Source of the DNA: Okamejei kenojei
Lineage: Eukaryota
NCBI GenBank assembly: GCA_035221665.1
Contig: CM069159.1
Span: 25,482,001-25,546,000 of the forward strand
Direction: 5' to 3'
Length of the DNA: 64,000 nucleotides
Position 1 is the first letter of the stretch; every line of letters starts with the position of its first letter. The notes under the pieces are model-generated. The model had not been told where the DNA came from. It saw nothing but the letters and a program-made list of their open reading frames with translations, and made no database searches. The position numbers and the translations under genes were made by a program. This document shows positions 1-12,993 of the stretch, in pieces.

Positions 1-640
1 TAAATCGTACTTGCTCTCCACTCTGTGTCAGACTACTAGGAAAACAAGAATACATACGCCAGGCTTCTGTTCATCACTTACAGCTTGGTGTTCAACACCA
101 TCATCCCATAAAACCTCATCATCAAACTCAGCCAACCGGGTCTCCGTTCATCTCTGTGCAACTGGATCCTTGACTTCCTCATCGGCAGACCTCATCAGTA
201 CAGATTGGCAACACCGTCTCCTCTTCACATCAACAACACAGGGGCACCTCAAGGCTGTATGCTCTGTCCACTACTCTAAACTCATCTATAACCGGGCACA
301 ATTAAGGAGGCTGCAGGAAGTGGTGAACATTGCCCGATCCATCTGGGGTACTGACATCCCCACCATCGAAAGGAATTGGTGTGTTAGAGGAAGGCAGCTA
401 ATACCATCAGAGACCCATACCGGTGGCTATGCATTCATCTTGTTGTTAACATTGGGAAGAATGTACAAGAGCTCAAGAATTGTTACGTCCAGGTTCAAGA
501 AAAGCTTCTTTCCATCAACCAAAAGGTTCGTGAACCATTCTACCTCAACCTTACTGAACGACTATGGATTTGTCATCACTGGTTTAGTGGTTCAAAGCAC
601 CACATACTTTGTTTATTGCACTGATCTTGGTCCAGTTTAA
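1..640 (+). mobile_element. Degenerate Rex1/Babar-type LINE fragment (RT region plus 3' part)
   Basis: Frameshifted motifs resembling 'SAFNTIIP.KL', 'LCNWILDFL', 'GAPQGC.L' and 'SRFKKSFFPS'. Similar to the better-preserved copies at 2341-3430 and 19331-20090. Confidence 0.65.
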
Positions 641-704
641 TTAGAGTAACTGATAAGTTATTGTATATTTATTGTGTATTATTACTACGTGTAAGATGCC
701 TTTA

Positions 705-1250
705 GACTTTACTTTAGAGATACAGCATGGAAACAGGCCTTTCGGCCCACCAAGTCCATGCCGTCCCCCCGTACACCAGGGGTCGGCAACCTTGTTCTGC
801 ATAGGGGCCAGGACCCATGCTGTGAGCAGATGACGGGCCACATCTATCGCCTTAGTGTGACACTTGGTGTTGTTTTTCGCATTAGTTTTCAAGTGTTTTT
901 CCAATGAGTTTTCTGCAATTCCCTGATCGCTCACCCGCCCTGGGACTGGCTGTAGCGACCAGGTTGCCTGCGTGCCCCGGGACGAGCTGCAGTTCCCAGA
1001 TCAGCTTGTGTCCCCGGGTCGTGTGCGGCGTACACTAACACCATCCTACACACTAGGGACTATTTAAAAATTTACTGAAGCCAATGAACCTACAAACCTG
1101 TATGTCTTTGGAGTATGGACGGAAACTGGAGCACCCGGAGAAAACCCACGCGGTCACATGGAGAAACTCCATACAGACAGCACCCGTAGTCAGGATCAAT
1201 CCCGGGTCTCTGGTGCAGCAAGGCAGCAACTCTAGCACTGTGCTGCCCTT
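705..1250 (-). mobile_element. HE1/V-SINE-like tRNA-derived SINE, interrupted by a hAT-like fragment
   Basis: Reverse complement of the SINE body seen at 3645-3930, with a CTAAA-like tail near 705-720. Confidence 0.75.
777..1028. mobile_element. hAT-like non-autonomous DNA transposon fragment
   Basis: Starts CAGGGGTCGGCAACC (hAT-type terminal inverted repeat). Flanked by the direct repeat CGTACAC at 770-776 and 1029-1035. Only a partial GGTTGCC (~962) remains of a right terminus. Confidence 0.5.
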
Positions 1251-2340
1251 AAAGCTGCAGCAAGTAAGAATTTCAATGTTCCAAATCACATCTGGTGCTT
1301 ATGACAAATAAACACACTTGACTCTTGAATGCACTTGTTTGTGGAAATTAATATTTGCAATGAAAATGAGCATGCAATAGCGGATGGGAATCTGATTATT
1401 AACAGTGTAGATCTTGATTCCCCGGCTGCCTGTGTATTTTGTATTCCAAACATACCTTGACTTCGCACTCCCACTTTACCTCAGAGATGTTAGATGCTAT
1501 GTCCACAGTTACCTCATTTTCATCCTCTGCAGCCACAAGCCTGCGCATTGTTTCCCCCACAGCAACAATCGCTATTGTTTCTTTGTACGCAAAAATACTA
1601 CTGATAATCGCTCAAAAAGCACTGCCACTATTCTATTATGGATGTAATTAATTACATAGTTTTCCAAGTCGTTTTTAAATTTGTGGTTTGGCATATTACA
1701 GATCAACGTTTAATCAATAACTGAGCATTGGACTTGGTCTTCAGGAAAGCATTTATCCAATACAGATAATGTACTGTTAGACTGTATCCTTGTTCGCTCA
1801 TTGTTTGCCATAGATTTCCAATTAAGAAATGCAAAATAGAAGCACAATGGTAAATGTCCTTGAACAGAAAATTATATGCAAATTTGAATTAATTTGCAAT
1901 GCTTCCCAGGAAAATGACAAACAATTCAGACATCTTTCTTTTCACATTCCACTGCTTGCACTGTAATTACCAGAATAATTAAATCACAAGGTTCTGGTTT
2001 CATGGTGAAATAAACCCTTCCATTTATATGTACCTGACAGAACAAATGAGACCTCGCCTTTGGAGAGTGGCAGGTATTTTCCTCCACAGTGCAGTAAATT
2101 ACAAGTGTCCCACTAGCAACTATAATAGATTATCTGCTCGTTATTATATGGCTGTACGCAAAACCTGCTGTGCACAAATTTACCGTGTTAGCTAGTGGGT
2201 ATACTTAATTTAAAAAAATAAAAAAAAAACTGGCTGTATGGTTTGGCAATATATATCCTGAGGGGCATAGATAGGGTGAATGCATAGAGACGTTTACCCA
2301 GGGCAGGGGAATCAAAAACCAGAGGGCAGAGATTTAAGGG

Positions 2341-3430
2341 GTCAAGTCAAGTCAAGTCAAGAGAGTTTATTGTCATGTGTCCCAGATAGGACAATGAAAT
2401 TCTTGCTTGCTGCAGCACAACAGAATATTGTAGGCATAAATACAGAACAGATCAGTGTGTCCATATACCATAGAATATATATACACACACATAAATAAAC
2501 AGATACAATGCAATAGGCTGTTTGAAGTTGTGTTTAATAATCTGATGGCTGTGGGGAAGTAACTGTTCCTGAACCTGGATGTTGCAGATTTCAGGCTCCT
2601 GTACCTTCTACCTGATGGCAGCGGAGAGATGAGTGTGTGGCCAGGATGGTGTGGGCCCTTGATGATACTGCCAGCCTTTTTGCGGCAGCGACTGCGATAG
2701 ATCCCTCAATGGTAGGGAGGTCAGAGCCGATGATGGATTGGGCAGTGTTTACTACTTTTTGCAGCCTTCTCCGCTCCTGGACGCTCAGGTTGCCGAATCA
2801 AGCCACGATGCAACCGGTCAGCATGCTCTCTACTGTGCATCTGTAGAAGTTCGAGAATCCTCCTTGACATACCGATTCTCCGTAATTTTCTCAGGAAGTA
2901 TAGGCACTGATGTGCTTTCTTTATGATTGCATCAGTGTTCTCGGACTAGGAGAGATCTTCAGAGATGTGCACGTCCAGGAATTTGAAGTTCTTGACCCTT
3001 TCCACCATCGACCAGTTGATATAAATGGGACTGCGGGTCCCCATCCTACCCCTTCTGAAGTCCACAATCAATTCCTTGGTTTTGCTGGTGTGGAGAGCCA
3101 GGTTATTGTGCTGGCACCATTTGGTCAATTGGGCGATCTCACTTCTATACTCTGACACGTCCCCATCAGTGATATGTCCCACAACAGTGGTGTCGTCGGC
3201 GAACTTGATGATGGAGCTCACACTATGACCGGCTACACAGTCATGAGTATAGAGTGAGTACAGCAGGGGACTGAGCACGCAGCCTTGAGGTGCTCCCATG
3301 CTGATTGTTATCGAGGGCGACACATTTCCACCAACATGGACAGACTGTGGTCTGTGAATGAGGAAGTCGAGGATCCAATTGCAGAGGGATGCGCAGAAAC
3401 CCAGATCTGAGAACTTGGTAACCAGCTTGG
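2341..3430 (-). mobile_element. Rex1/Babar-type LINE 3' fragment inserted into a CR1 fragment
   Basis: ORF 2946-3323 has the RT motifs GAPQGCVLSPLLYSLYTHD and IIKFADDTTVVG. A (CTTGA)n tail lies at 2341-2361. CR1 3' sequence continues on both sides (about 2250-2340 and 3431-3640). Confidence 0.85.
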
Positions 3431-3644
3431 AGGGGATTTAATCAGGACACGAAGAAGCGATATTTTCACTCAGAGGATGATGGGTATACAGAACAAGCCA
3501 CCAGAAGCTACAGGTGAGGCGGGTACAATAACAGCATTTCAAAGGCACTTGTAGAGATACACGGATGGGAAAGATTTAGAAGGATAAGGGCCAAATATGG
3601 GCAAGTGGGACTAGTTTAGATGGGGCATCTTGGTCGGGTGGGGG

Positions 3645-3930
3645 GGGCGGCACAGCGGTAAAGTTGCTGCCTTACAGCGCCAGAGACTCGGATTCGATCA
3701 CGACTATGGGTGCTCTCTGTATGGAGTTTGTATGTTCCCCTTGTGACCGCATGCAGAGGTTCCGGTTTCCTCCCACATTCCAAAGGTGTGCAGGTTGGTA
3801 GGTTAATCGGCTTCAGTAAATTGTCCCTAGTGTTTAGGATAGAATTAGTTTAGCGATGATGGCTGGTCGGCACGGACGGTGGGCTGAAGGGCATGTTTCC
3901 ACGCTGCATCTCTAAACTAAACCAAACCAA
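3645..3930 (+). mobile_element. HE1/V-SINE-like tRNA-derived SINE (representative copy)
   Basis: tRNA-like head with a B-box-like GGATTCGATC, V-domain-like core (TGTATGGAGTTTGTATGTTC...CCGGTTTCCTCCCACATTCCAAAG) and CTAAACTAAA tail. Further copies lie near 6750-6990, 23363-23655, 25190-25335, 30340-30630, 31505-31810, 32445-32760, 35740-36020, 36560-36725, 38445-38720, 52640-52790, 53985-54250 and 55390-55850. Confidence 0.8.
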
Positions 3931-5169
3931 CGCCTGTCCATAGCGTTCCTGCCACAACAGCAAGCACAATCGTGGGGTGGAACAGTCAGGATAAATAAAG
4001 GAAGATAATGCCAGGTAAAACCCAAGTAAATGAGGACATGAAAGCTGGGACCTGTCCAGGAAAATAAATGTGCCAGCTTTCAGAGTTGCATCTAGGTATA
4101 TTAATTGAGAGAGCAAGTGCATGTTTAGAAAGTAGGCACAAAATACTGCAGTAACTCAGAAAGTCAGGCAACATCTCTGGAGAGAAGGAACAGGTGACCG
4201 AGTCTGAAGACGGGTTCCAACCTGAAACATCACCTATTCCTTTTCTCCAGAGATGCTGTCTGACCCGCTGATTGTGGTGAGCCCTAAGTGCTGTATCATG
4301 CTTCCTCTCTCCACCCTTGTTCAGAGCACGGCAGCCTTGGAGATTTGTATCTATATATGGACGTGCTCACCAATGCAAATTGAGCATTAAAAAAAAAAAA
4401 AATTATACATTGCTAAATACAAACCCACTCATAATCAAGTGGAAACTCAGGTCTCGAGCTGCAGTCTGTTTGCTGCAGTCAACAAAATAATACTTTTTAA
4501 ATTGAAAATATTTCCCAGTGGCAAGGCTCATAATGAGCATTGTATCTCTCTACAGTTAAAAAAAAAACACATTTGCATTAACACTGCTAACTCTGTTTAT
4601 AGAATCCCTGCTAACAACATGTGTTCAACATTGGTCGGAGTTGTGGAACATCCATGATCTGCTCTCAGCAGGAGTCTACTTTAAGAAACAAAATCCAATT
4701 AGAAGATCAACATGGTGTGATAACAAAACAGAACATCTTAACCCTTGGAGAACCAGAATGATATTTTTCTCACTTAAATCATTTGTGTAACTGATTTGGA
4801 AATAAGCTGAATTAGCAACATTGCCATCTGCAGCGAGAGGGGTAATTTATCATGTGACACCTTTACCCAGTGCCATCAACAGCCTCCCTCCCTGACCCAC
4901 TGCCACTTGCTAATGGTCTGCAGCAACAAAACAGCATTGCAACCTGTTGTGTGGATTGGTGTTGTGAGATCTGCATTCTATCACAAGTTCTCGTGTTTGT
5001 CGCAACAGAAGATCTTAGTCACACTCCTGGAGGTAGTAACAGCTTAGGACAGTGTTTGAGTTTGCCTTCTTCACTGGTTGAAGCCTACTTATTCACCGAG
5101 ATCTGCGAAACAGAGCTGTCTACTGAGTAGCTCAAAGTGCCTGAGTATCTCAACGGGTTCATCCAAAAT

Positions 5170-6010
5170 TACAGGAGGACCTTGAGTAGCTGGGCAAGTG
5201 AGCGGAAGAATGGTTATGAGAGTTTAAAGCAGATAAGTGCAAGGTGTCGCATCTTGGGTACTCAGACCAGGACAGAACCTACAGAGCGAATGGCAGGGCC
5301 CTGGAGAGGGTTGTAGATCAGAGGGATCTAGGAGTTCAGGTACATCATTTCCTGAAAATGGTGTCACAAGCAGATAGGATGGTCAAGACGGCTTTCAGTA
5401 GATTGGCCTTCATCAGTCAGGGTGTGGAGTATCGATGTTGGGATGTTATGTTGTTGGAGAGGCTGTTCAGTTTTGGTCACCCTGATATAAAAGGGATGTC
5501 GTTAAACTGGAAAGTGTGCAGAGAAGATTTCCAAGGTTGTTTCTAGGACTTGGTCTGAGCTCTAGCCATAAGGCTGGCTAGGACTTTATTCATTGGAATA
5601 CAGGAGACCGATGATCTAATAGATGTGTACAAGATCATGGGAATAGATAGGGTGAATGCGTAGAGTCTTTCAACCAGAGCAGGGGGAATAAAGAGCCAGA
5701 GGACATAGGTCAAGGTGAGAGGGGGAAAGATTTAATAAGAACCTCAGGGGCAATTTTTTTCACACAGAGGGTGGTTGATATGTGGAACGAACTGTCAGGG
5801 GAGGTTATTGAGGCAGGTACTATAACAAAATGTAAAAGATATTTGGCCAGGTACATGGATAGGAAAGGTTTAGGCCAGGTACATGGATAGGAAAGGTTTA
5901 GAAGGATATGGGCTAAACAGGGGCAGGTGATACTAACCTAGATGGGGCATCTTGGTTGACATGGGCTAGTTGGGCCCGAAGGCCAGTTTCCATGCTGTAT
6001 GACTGACTCT
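5170..6010 (+). mobile_element. CR1/HER1-type LINE 3' fragment
   Basis: ORF remnant 'QRDLGVQVH..LK..SQ.DRMVK.AF..LAFISQG.EYR' and the 3' end shared with the other CR1 copies. Internal ~29-bp tandem duplication at about 5845-5900. Confidence 0.85.
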
Positions 6011-6536
6011 ACACTAAGGCCTTTGGTTTGGGGCAGAGATGTAGAGATATAGGACTCCCTTAGTAATGATGTGTTAGTTGGAAGGTGGAAACTGTGAAAA
6101 TCAGACATATCATAGATACAAGTGGAATGGACTGCAGAAGGGAATAATAGAAGTGGGGAAAGAGTAGGATGAAGCAATGGGTGTGTCAAACTGTCATGCT
6201 TGTGGATCCTGAGGAGGAACTCAAAGTCGGCTGGGTAGAGTTGAGGGACAATAAAACCAGGGACAGTGGAGGGTTTGGGTGGTGAATATAAACCCTGTTG
6301 ATAAAAACATCCGATTCTGTATTGCAAGTTTAAAAAAAAAACACTAACTTGTTGGTCAATACAAAAAAAACCATCGGCCATCTTTAGAATCAGATCTTCA
6401 AAGAATCAAGTACTAGAATTTGTCAAATTGTCACCATGCCTCAACAAGCCTGTCCATTTGCTGCTTGGAAGGACGAATGATCAAATCCTGGGCAACCACA
6501 ATATTCTGGTACCTACATAATATTTCCCTATTATTC

Positions 6537-6561
6537 AGAGAGAGCGAGAGTGAGAGAGGGG

Positions 6562-6614
<53 letters not shown>

Positions 6615-6632
6615 CGAGAGCGAGAGCGAGAG
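6537..6632. repeat. (GA)n microsatellite
   Basis: Direct reading of the sequence. Confidence 0.95.
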
Positions 6633-8559
6633 ATTGTTAACAATGTGCTGAATGGTTTCCGTGTTAATGGTTTCCGTGTTGAACTTCCATTCAACCAAAT
6701 CATTCCTTACTCTTTGACAACTCCTGCCTCACCTCTGCATGCGTATATGGGAGGCATGTGCACTGTAGAGCTTCTACCTCATAGCATCAGAGACTGGGTG
6801 CTATCCCGAACATTTTTCTCCCACATCTCAAAGACACGCAGGTTCGTAGGTTAAATGGCCTCTGCAGTTTGCCCTTAGTGCATCGGGAGTGGACGAGAAA
6901 GCGGGATAACATTAAACTAGTGCAAATGGGTGATGGTCAGTGTCGTTTCGGTGGGCCAGAGGGCCCGTTTCCATTCTCCATCTCCAAACAATGAGAGATT
7001 TTCTTTTTTTTTTTTAAATATATTTTTATTAGAGGTAAGCAATAAATTGGCAAACACAAATTATGGTATAGGTATTTCGAGTACATCACTCATACATTAT
7101 TAATATTTTCCATTAAATCATTCTGCCTCTAATAGGTTTTTTTTTATAGATTAAAATTAAAAAAGAGAGAAAAAAAGAAAAAAGAGAAATCAAAAATAAA
7201 ATCATAAGGAATGGAATAATTTACCATTAATACATTGTTGGAGATAAGATCAAGGAATATAGAGTATAACTTTTCATCTGTTCCTGAGTCCAAGTTTCAG
7301 TTAGGTTCCCCTGCCGAACCAATCTACCCTTTTAAATAATCGATGAAAGAAGACCATATTCTAACAAAGTGTTCTTGTTTGTCCATTAAGGCAAATCTGA
7401 TTCTTTCCAGGTGTAGGGTCTCCGACATTTCCATAATCCACATTTTAATTGTGGGGGTTATAGGGCCTTTCCAAAATGTTAATATTAATTTCTTCCCGAT
7501 TATTATACTGTAGACAAGGAAATTTCTTTGGCTTGTTGTGAGTGTTAAACTTTGTTCTGATATTCCAAGTATTATTAGTTTTGAGTCCGGATCCAGTTTT
7601 GTATTAATAACTTCAGAAGTTATTTCTAAAAATCTCAATCCAGAAGTTTTTAATTTTTATACAATTTGCAAAAGCATTAGCCTCTAGATGCTGACATTTA
7701 TCGCAGATAGGAGAGACATGTGGAAAAATTCTATTCACTTTAACTTTTGAGTAATGTAATCTGTGTAATACTTTAAATTGTATTAAAGCATGTCTGGCAT
7801 TTAACGAGCATTGATGTATATATTGTAAACTTTTGTCCCATATATCTTTCTTTATGGGTTGGCTTAATTCATTTTCCCATGCATGTCTATGTGATTCTGT
7901 CAATGGCACCTCGCTGTCTAAAATAATATTATAAATATAAGCTGTTAGTTTTTCTGTATTAGGATGCTTATTCAAACATTCATCAATGATTTCTGGTTCC
8001 CTATTCCTATAATCTTGTGTATTTGATTTAACATAATCTCTGAGTTGTCGATATCGAAAAAAATGAGTGTATTCCATAAATCTGTTGTAATTCCTGAAAT
8101 AAAAGAAAAGTGCCTTTCTTATAAAGATGTTCCATCTTTTTAATTCCATAATTTTTCCATTGTGTAAAACCTTTATCCAGCATGGAAGGTTTGAATAAGG
8201 GATTGTTTACAATAGGAAGACAGAGTGGTATATTATCCAATTTTACTTCACAATCATGCGAGTGATTCCGTGAAGACCCGCCAGGCCGCTTGCGCACCAG
8301 TACGCCAACCGCATTGACGCACGGAGGCTGCGAGGAGCGGAGCTCCTCCAGTGGTAAGTATGTAGACTCCAGGTAAGTTGAAAACTTTCTTTTGGATTTT
8401 GGATCCGTGCTGGCTGGTACGCTATACCGAGTGCTAGCATGGAAAAAGCAGGGAAAGGTAAGCGACGTGTTTCAACCAGCCGCGGCAGTTCAGGCTTAGA
8501 AGCCTTACCTCATTCCCCTGTTCAGTCGCTTATTACTGATACAGCGACTGCAGACTTAA

Positions 8560-9333
8560 GTGCTACATAGCACAGAGCCGTTGCCATTAGGGCACAAGGC
8601 AACAGATAAGTCTGCTAGGCCCATGGAGTCGGTGGATGTATCCACACCGGGGCTGGATAGAGTGTGCACACGCCTATCCCAAATGGAGGAACTGTTGCAT
8701 ACAGTCCTCCAAAGAACCTCACTCCAAGAGAGTGAGTATCAGCGCTTAGGAAAGGAAGCGCCAGTTTTTCAATTTGAGGACACTGCTTCAGGTCAGATTA
8801 GTCCAGGGGCTGATTCTGAGGGGGAAGTTCAGCCAGGGGAAACTGAATTACCAAATGTTCCACCACTGGCACTTCCATTTGCTGTACCATCAGGAGCAGG
8901 GGAGCCACAAGGTGAAGAGCTGGCTACTACAATAAATTATATGGTGTCTCATCAGCTTCAGGAGCTTACTATGGACGAGACAGCCAAAAAACATGAGCCT
9001 CCAAGCAACTGTGAACTATTAAGGGTTCCAACAGTGAATCAAGTCATTTGGGGTCAGATGGGATCCAATATGCAAAGCCAAGAAATTAAAATGCAGAGAA
9101 TTCTGAAATTATTGGCTGCTGGCATTACAGCGTTCGCTAGAATTATGGATGGTGCTTATATGACCAGAACACATCAAGAGGCTTTAGGGTTGTTGTGTAA
9201 CACCCATTTCGAGATCAATGGTCTTAGGAAAAGGGCTATCAGGCCCACCATTAATCCTAGATATGTTGCGCTTTGCAAACCAGCAACTGTTCAACCACCA
9301 GATCTGCTATTCGGCGCAGATCTAACCAAGTGA
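8560..9333 (+). pseudogene. DIRS gag-like ORF1
   Basis: 257-aa ORF upstream of RT with 'PPSNCELLRVPTVNQVIW' and 'LLFGADL', typical of DIRS ORF1. The true start is probably near the ATG at 8440, before a disruption. Confidence 0.75.
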
Positions 9334-9752
9334 GGGAAATTAATGAAGATGCTAAAACTATGAGTCTGATGATGCCGGGCGGCAGCTGAAGAGAAAGTAT
9401 CCCTACAGAACCACCACAGCATCCGGAGCTGCTCCAGGGACAAGCCGGGCCTCAGCACAGGGACGTGGATGGTATCCCTCATTGGGAGCACGAGCGACCA
9501 TGGGAGCTACTGCCAGAGGCTGGAGTCAGCAGGGAGGTAAGTGGACCTGGTTCTCATAACGACATATTAAATGTGATTCAAGAGAATATTGGTGGTAGAT
9601 TATTGCTTTTTTTTAATAATGAATGGAAGCAGCTTACTTCAGATCTATTTATCAGAAGTGTTATTCTAGGATTTCAGATTGAATTTATTCCAAATGTTAT
9701 TTTACCTTTCCAACATGTTCCTGTTAGAACACTTCATTTTTCACAAACTTAG

Positions 9753-11172
9753 GTGATACAGGTTCAAGCTGAAATCACTAAATTATATCACAAAGGGGTC
9801 ATTGAAAAAACGGACCATCAAGTCCCTCAAATTGTGTCAAACATTTTTCCTCGGCCTAAGAGGGACGGCGGATGTAGAATCATTTTGGATCTGACAAAAT
9901 TAAATACGTTTGTAGTATATAGACACTTTAAAATGGAAACATTAGTTACGGCCAAACAACTCATTTATAAAGGTTGTTATATGGCCACAATAGATCTGAA
10001 GAATATAGAATATTCAGTGCCTGTTCATTGCGAACATAGAAGGTTTTTCAAATTCAATTGGATGAATCAATTATGGCAGTTTAAAGCGTTACCAAATGGA
10101 TTGACCTCAGCTCCTAGAGTATTCACCAAATTGTTAAAACCAATTTTGGGGTTGCTGAGAGGTCAGGGCCATTTTATTATGGCCTATTTGGATGATATTT
10201 TAATCATTGGACAAACCCAAGCTTTAGCTGAAACATCAGTAGCAGTGGTCAAAACCACATTTGAAAAATTTGGGTTTGTCATTCATTTGGGAAAATCAAA
10301 ACTTACACCAAATACCACAATTGAATATTTGGGGTTTTCAATTAATTCTATCAGAATGGTAATTACTTTGCCAATTGACAAATGTACTAATGAGCTAATT
10401 GATGATTGTGTTACACTTTTGAACAAGTGTAAACCTTCAATTAGGCAAGTGGCGAGACTTCTGGGTAAATTGGTTGCAGCCTTTCCAGCAGTCCAATTTG
10501 GGCCTTTGCATTATCAGCAATTACAAAGGGCAAATTGGGCATTATGATAGGCCCATGCAGTTATCAGTTGAAGCAATTACTGATATCTTATGGTGGATTC
10601 AACATGTCACCAGTAGTTTCAGCATGATTGAGCTGGAACAACCTTCCATGGTTTTGCAGACAGATGTTAGCGCACTTGGATGGGGTGCCACAGACACAAA
10701 TTTAAGTTGTGGAGGTAGATGGAGTTCAGAAGAAGCTGAGCTTCTACAGACATGGGGAATTAACCATTTAGAGCTGTTAGGAACATATTATGGGCTCAAA
10801 GCTTATTGTTTTAACAAAAACAGTCTGCATGTTCAGCTCCAGATCGATAACACTACGGCAGTGGCATATGTTAATCACACGGGTGGTATCAGGTCGATAT
10901 CTTGTGATAGACTGGTTAACCAAATTTGGATCTGGTGCATTGATAAACACATTTGGCTCTCAGCTATTTATCTGCCGGGGAAACTTAATACAGTGGCAGA
11001 TACCAGGTCACGGGAATTCCATGACAACATTGAATGGATGCTGAATCATGATGTGTTCAAAGACATCATTGCCAAATATGGAACACCAGATGTCGACTTG
11101 TTCGCATCTAGACTAAACCACCAGCTTCCCAAATATGTCTCATGGGAACCAGATTCTGGGGCAATAGCGATT
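9753..11172 (+). pseudogene. DIRS RT / RNase H and start of the methyltransferase domain (frameshifted)
   Basis: RIILDL, HFKMETL, LPNGLTSAPRVFTK, AYLDDILI; RNase H 'LQTDVSALGWGA', 'INHLELL', 'DNTTAVAYVN'; then 'DVDLFASRLNHQL'. Frameshift near 10530 and a stop at 9750-9752. Confidence 0.92.
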
Positions 11173-11755
11173 AACATATAAACCATATAACAATTACAGC
11201 ACGGAAACAGGCCCTCTCGGCCCTTCCAGTCCGTGCCGACCATTTGTTTTCCCCTAGTCCCATCTACCTGCACTCAGACCATACCCCTCCATTCCCTTCA
11301 CGTCCATATACCTATCCACTTTACTCTTAAATGTTAAAATCGATCCTGCCTCCACCACTTCTGCTGGAAGCTGATTCCACACAGCCACCACCCTCTGAGT
11401 AAAGAAGTTCCCCCTCACGTTACCCAGAAACCTCTGTCCCTTAATTCTCATGTCATGCCCTCTTGTTTGAATCTTCCCTACCCTCAATGGGAAAAACGTA
11501 TCCACGTCAACTCTGTCTATCCCTTTCATCATTTTAAAGACCTCAATCAAGTCCCCCCTTAACCTTCTGCGCTCCAAAGAATAAAGACCTAACGTTCAAC
11601 CTTTCTCTGTAACATAGTTGCTGGAACCCTGGCAACATTCTCGTAAATCTCCTCTGTACTCTCTCTATTTTGTTGACATCCTTCCTATAACTAGGCGACC
11701 AAAATTATACACCATACTCCAGAATTGGTCTTACCAATGCAAATAAGGCCTTCTT
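11173..11755 (-). mobile_element. CR1/HER1-type LINE 3' fragment inserted in the DIRS methyltransferase domain
   Basis: ORF 11254-11577 'ERRRLRGDLIEVFKMMKG...TRGH...FFTQRVV..WN.LP'. TATATG(G)TT-type tail at 11173-11190. Removing the insert restores the DIRS codons GCG ATT GAC GCA TTC (AIDAF). Confidence 0.92.
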
Positions 11756-12031
11756 GACGCATTCTCGCTGAATTGGGGTGGTATGTATATTTATGCATTT
11801 CCACCGTTTTGTCTCATTAACCGATGTCTGCTTAAAATCAAGCAGGACAATGCTTCAGGGGTTCTAGTTATACCCGACTGGCCAACCCAGCCATGGTATC
11901 CTTTGATTCGACAGATGATGACATAACCTCTGATGGCTGTTCCTAAACGAAGGAATTTATTACTGAATCCAGTGACTGGCGAACGTCATCCATTGTATGA
12001 TCGTATTGATTTGTTGATTTGCAGATTCTAA
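11756..12031 (+). pseudogene. DIRS DNA N6-adenine methyltransferase-like domain, C-terminal half
   Basis: Manual translation gives DAFSLNWGGMYIYAFPPFCLINRCLLKIKQDNASGVLVIPDWPTQPWYP, with one in-frame stop downstream. FPPF and P.WP.QPW are DIRS methyltransferase motifs. Absent from the ORF track. Confidence 0.85.
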
Positions 12032-12059
12032 GAAGGCCTTATTCGGGACAAGGATTGTC

Positions 12060-12993
12060 GGGGCGAACTGTCGACATGATCTCCATGATGCAGTGAGCGA
12101 GTACTCAAAAGCAGTATATTTGTTAAGTAAAGAAATGGAAACTTTATTGTGTACAGAATGATATTGATTATTGTACAGCACATATTTCACATGTTTTGGA
12201 GTTTTTGTCAACTCTTTACTATGATGAAGGACTAAGTTATAGTGCAATTAATACAGCAAGAAGTGCTTTGTCATAATATTTAGTGATGAAATCTGACAAT
12301 CATGCAATTGGATCTCACCCTCTTGTGGTTCGATTTATGAAAGGCATTTTCAATTCTAGACCTCCCAAACCTAGAAATATGGCAATTTGGGATGTTCGCA
12401 TAGTCCTTAGGAAACTACGCGAGTGGTTTCCTTTATCATTGACGTTGACAAAAATTACCTTGAAATTGGCCATTGCTTATGGCATTGGTTTCAGCACAAA
12501 GGGTGCAGACTTTGCAAAAATTACAGTTAGACAGAATGGAAACTACTGTGGACAATGTTACATTTTACATTTATGACCTCCTCAAACAGAGCAGGCCAGG
12601 TGCAACATGTTTCAAAATCGTATTTGCAGCATATCCTACGGATCCAGCTTTATGTGTTAAAACACATTTAACACAATACATTACGCTCACAGAAAGTTTA
12701 CGTAACATGGAGAAAGGATTGTTTATCAGCTATAAAAAAACACATAAGAGTGTCAGTTAACACTATTTCCAGGTGGCTAAAACAAGTCTTGATTGATGCA
12801 GGTATTAACACATATGTTTACATCTCATTCCACTAGGGCAGCAGCTACGTCGGTGGCCAAAGCGAAAGACGTGCCTGTCGACCATATTATGGCAGCCGCC
12901 GGATGGGCAAATGAGCTGATGTTTCAGAGTTTTTATCATCGCCCGATTGTTGATCCAGGGCTGTTTGCTAATGCCCTTTTAAGTTCTCTTTAA
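12060..12993 (+). pseudogene. DIRS tyrosine recombinase (frameshifted)
   Basis: 'GSHPLVVRFMKGIFNSRPPKPR', 'LMALVSAQRVQTL', 'LKQSRPG', catalytic 'HSTRAAATS' and 'AAGW.....FQSFYHRPI'. Confidence 0.92.

Noticed and set aside
3645-3720. tRNA-like sequence
   Set aside because: It is a SINE head: no complete cloverleaf, and it continues into the SINE body found many times in the window.
6420-6854. 144-aa ORF with ER repeats and the antisense SL-repeat ORF
   Set aside because: Translation of the (GA)n microsatellite and the adjacent SINE.
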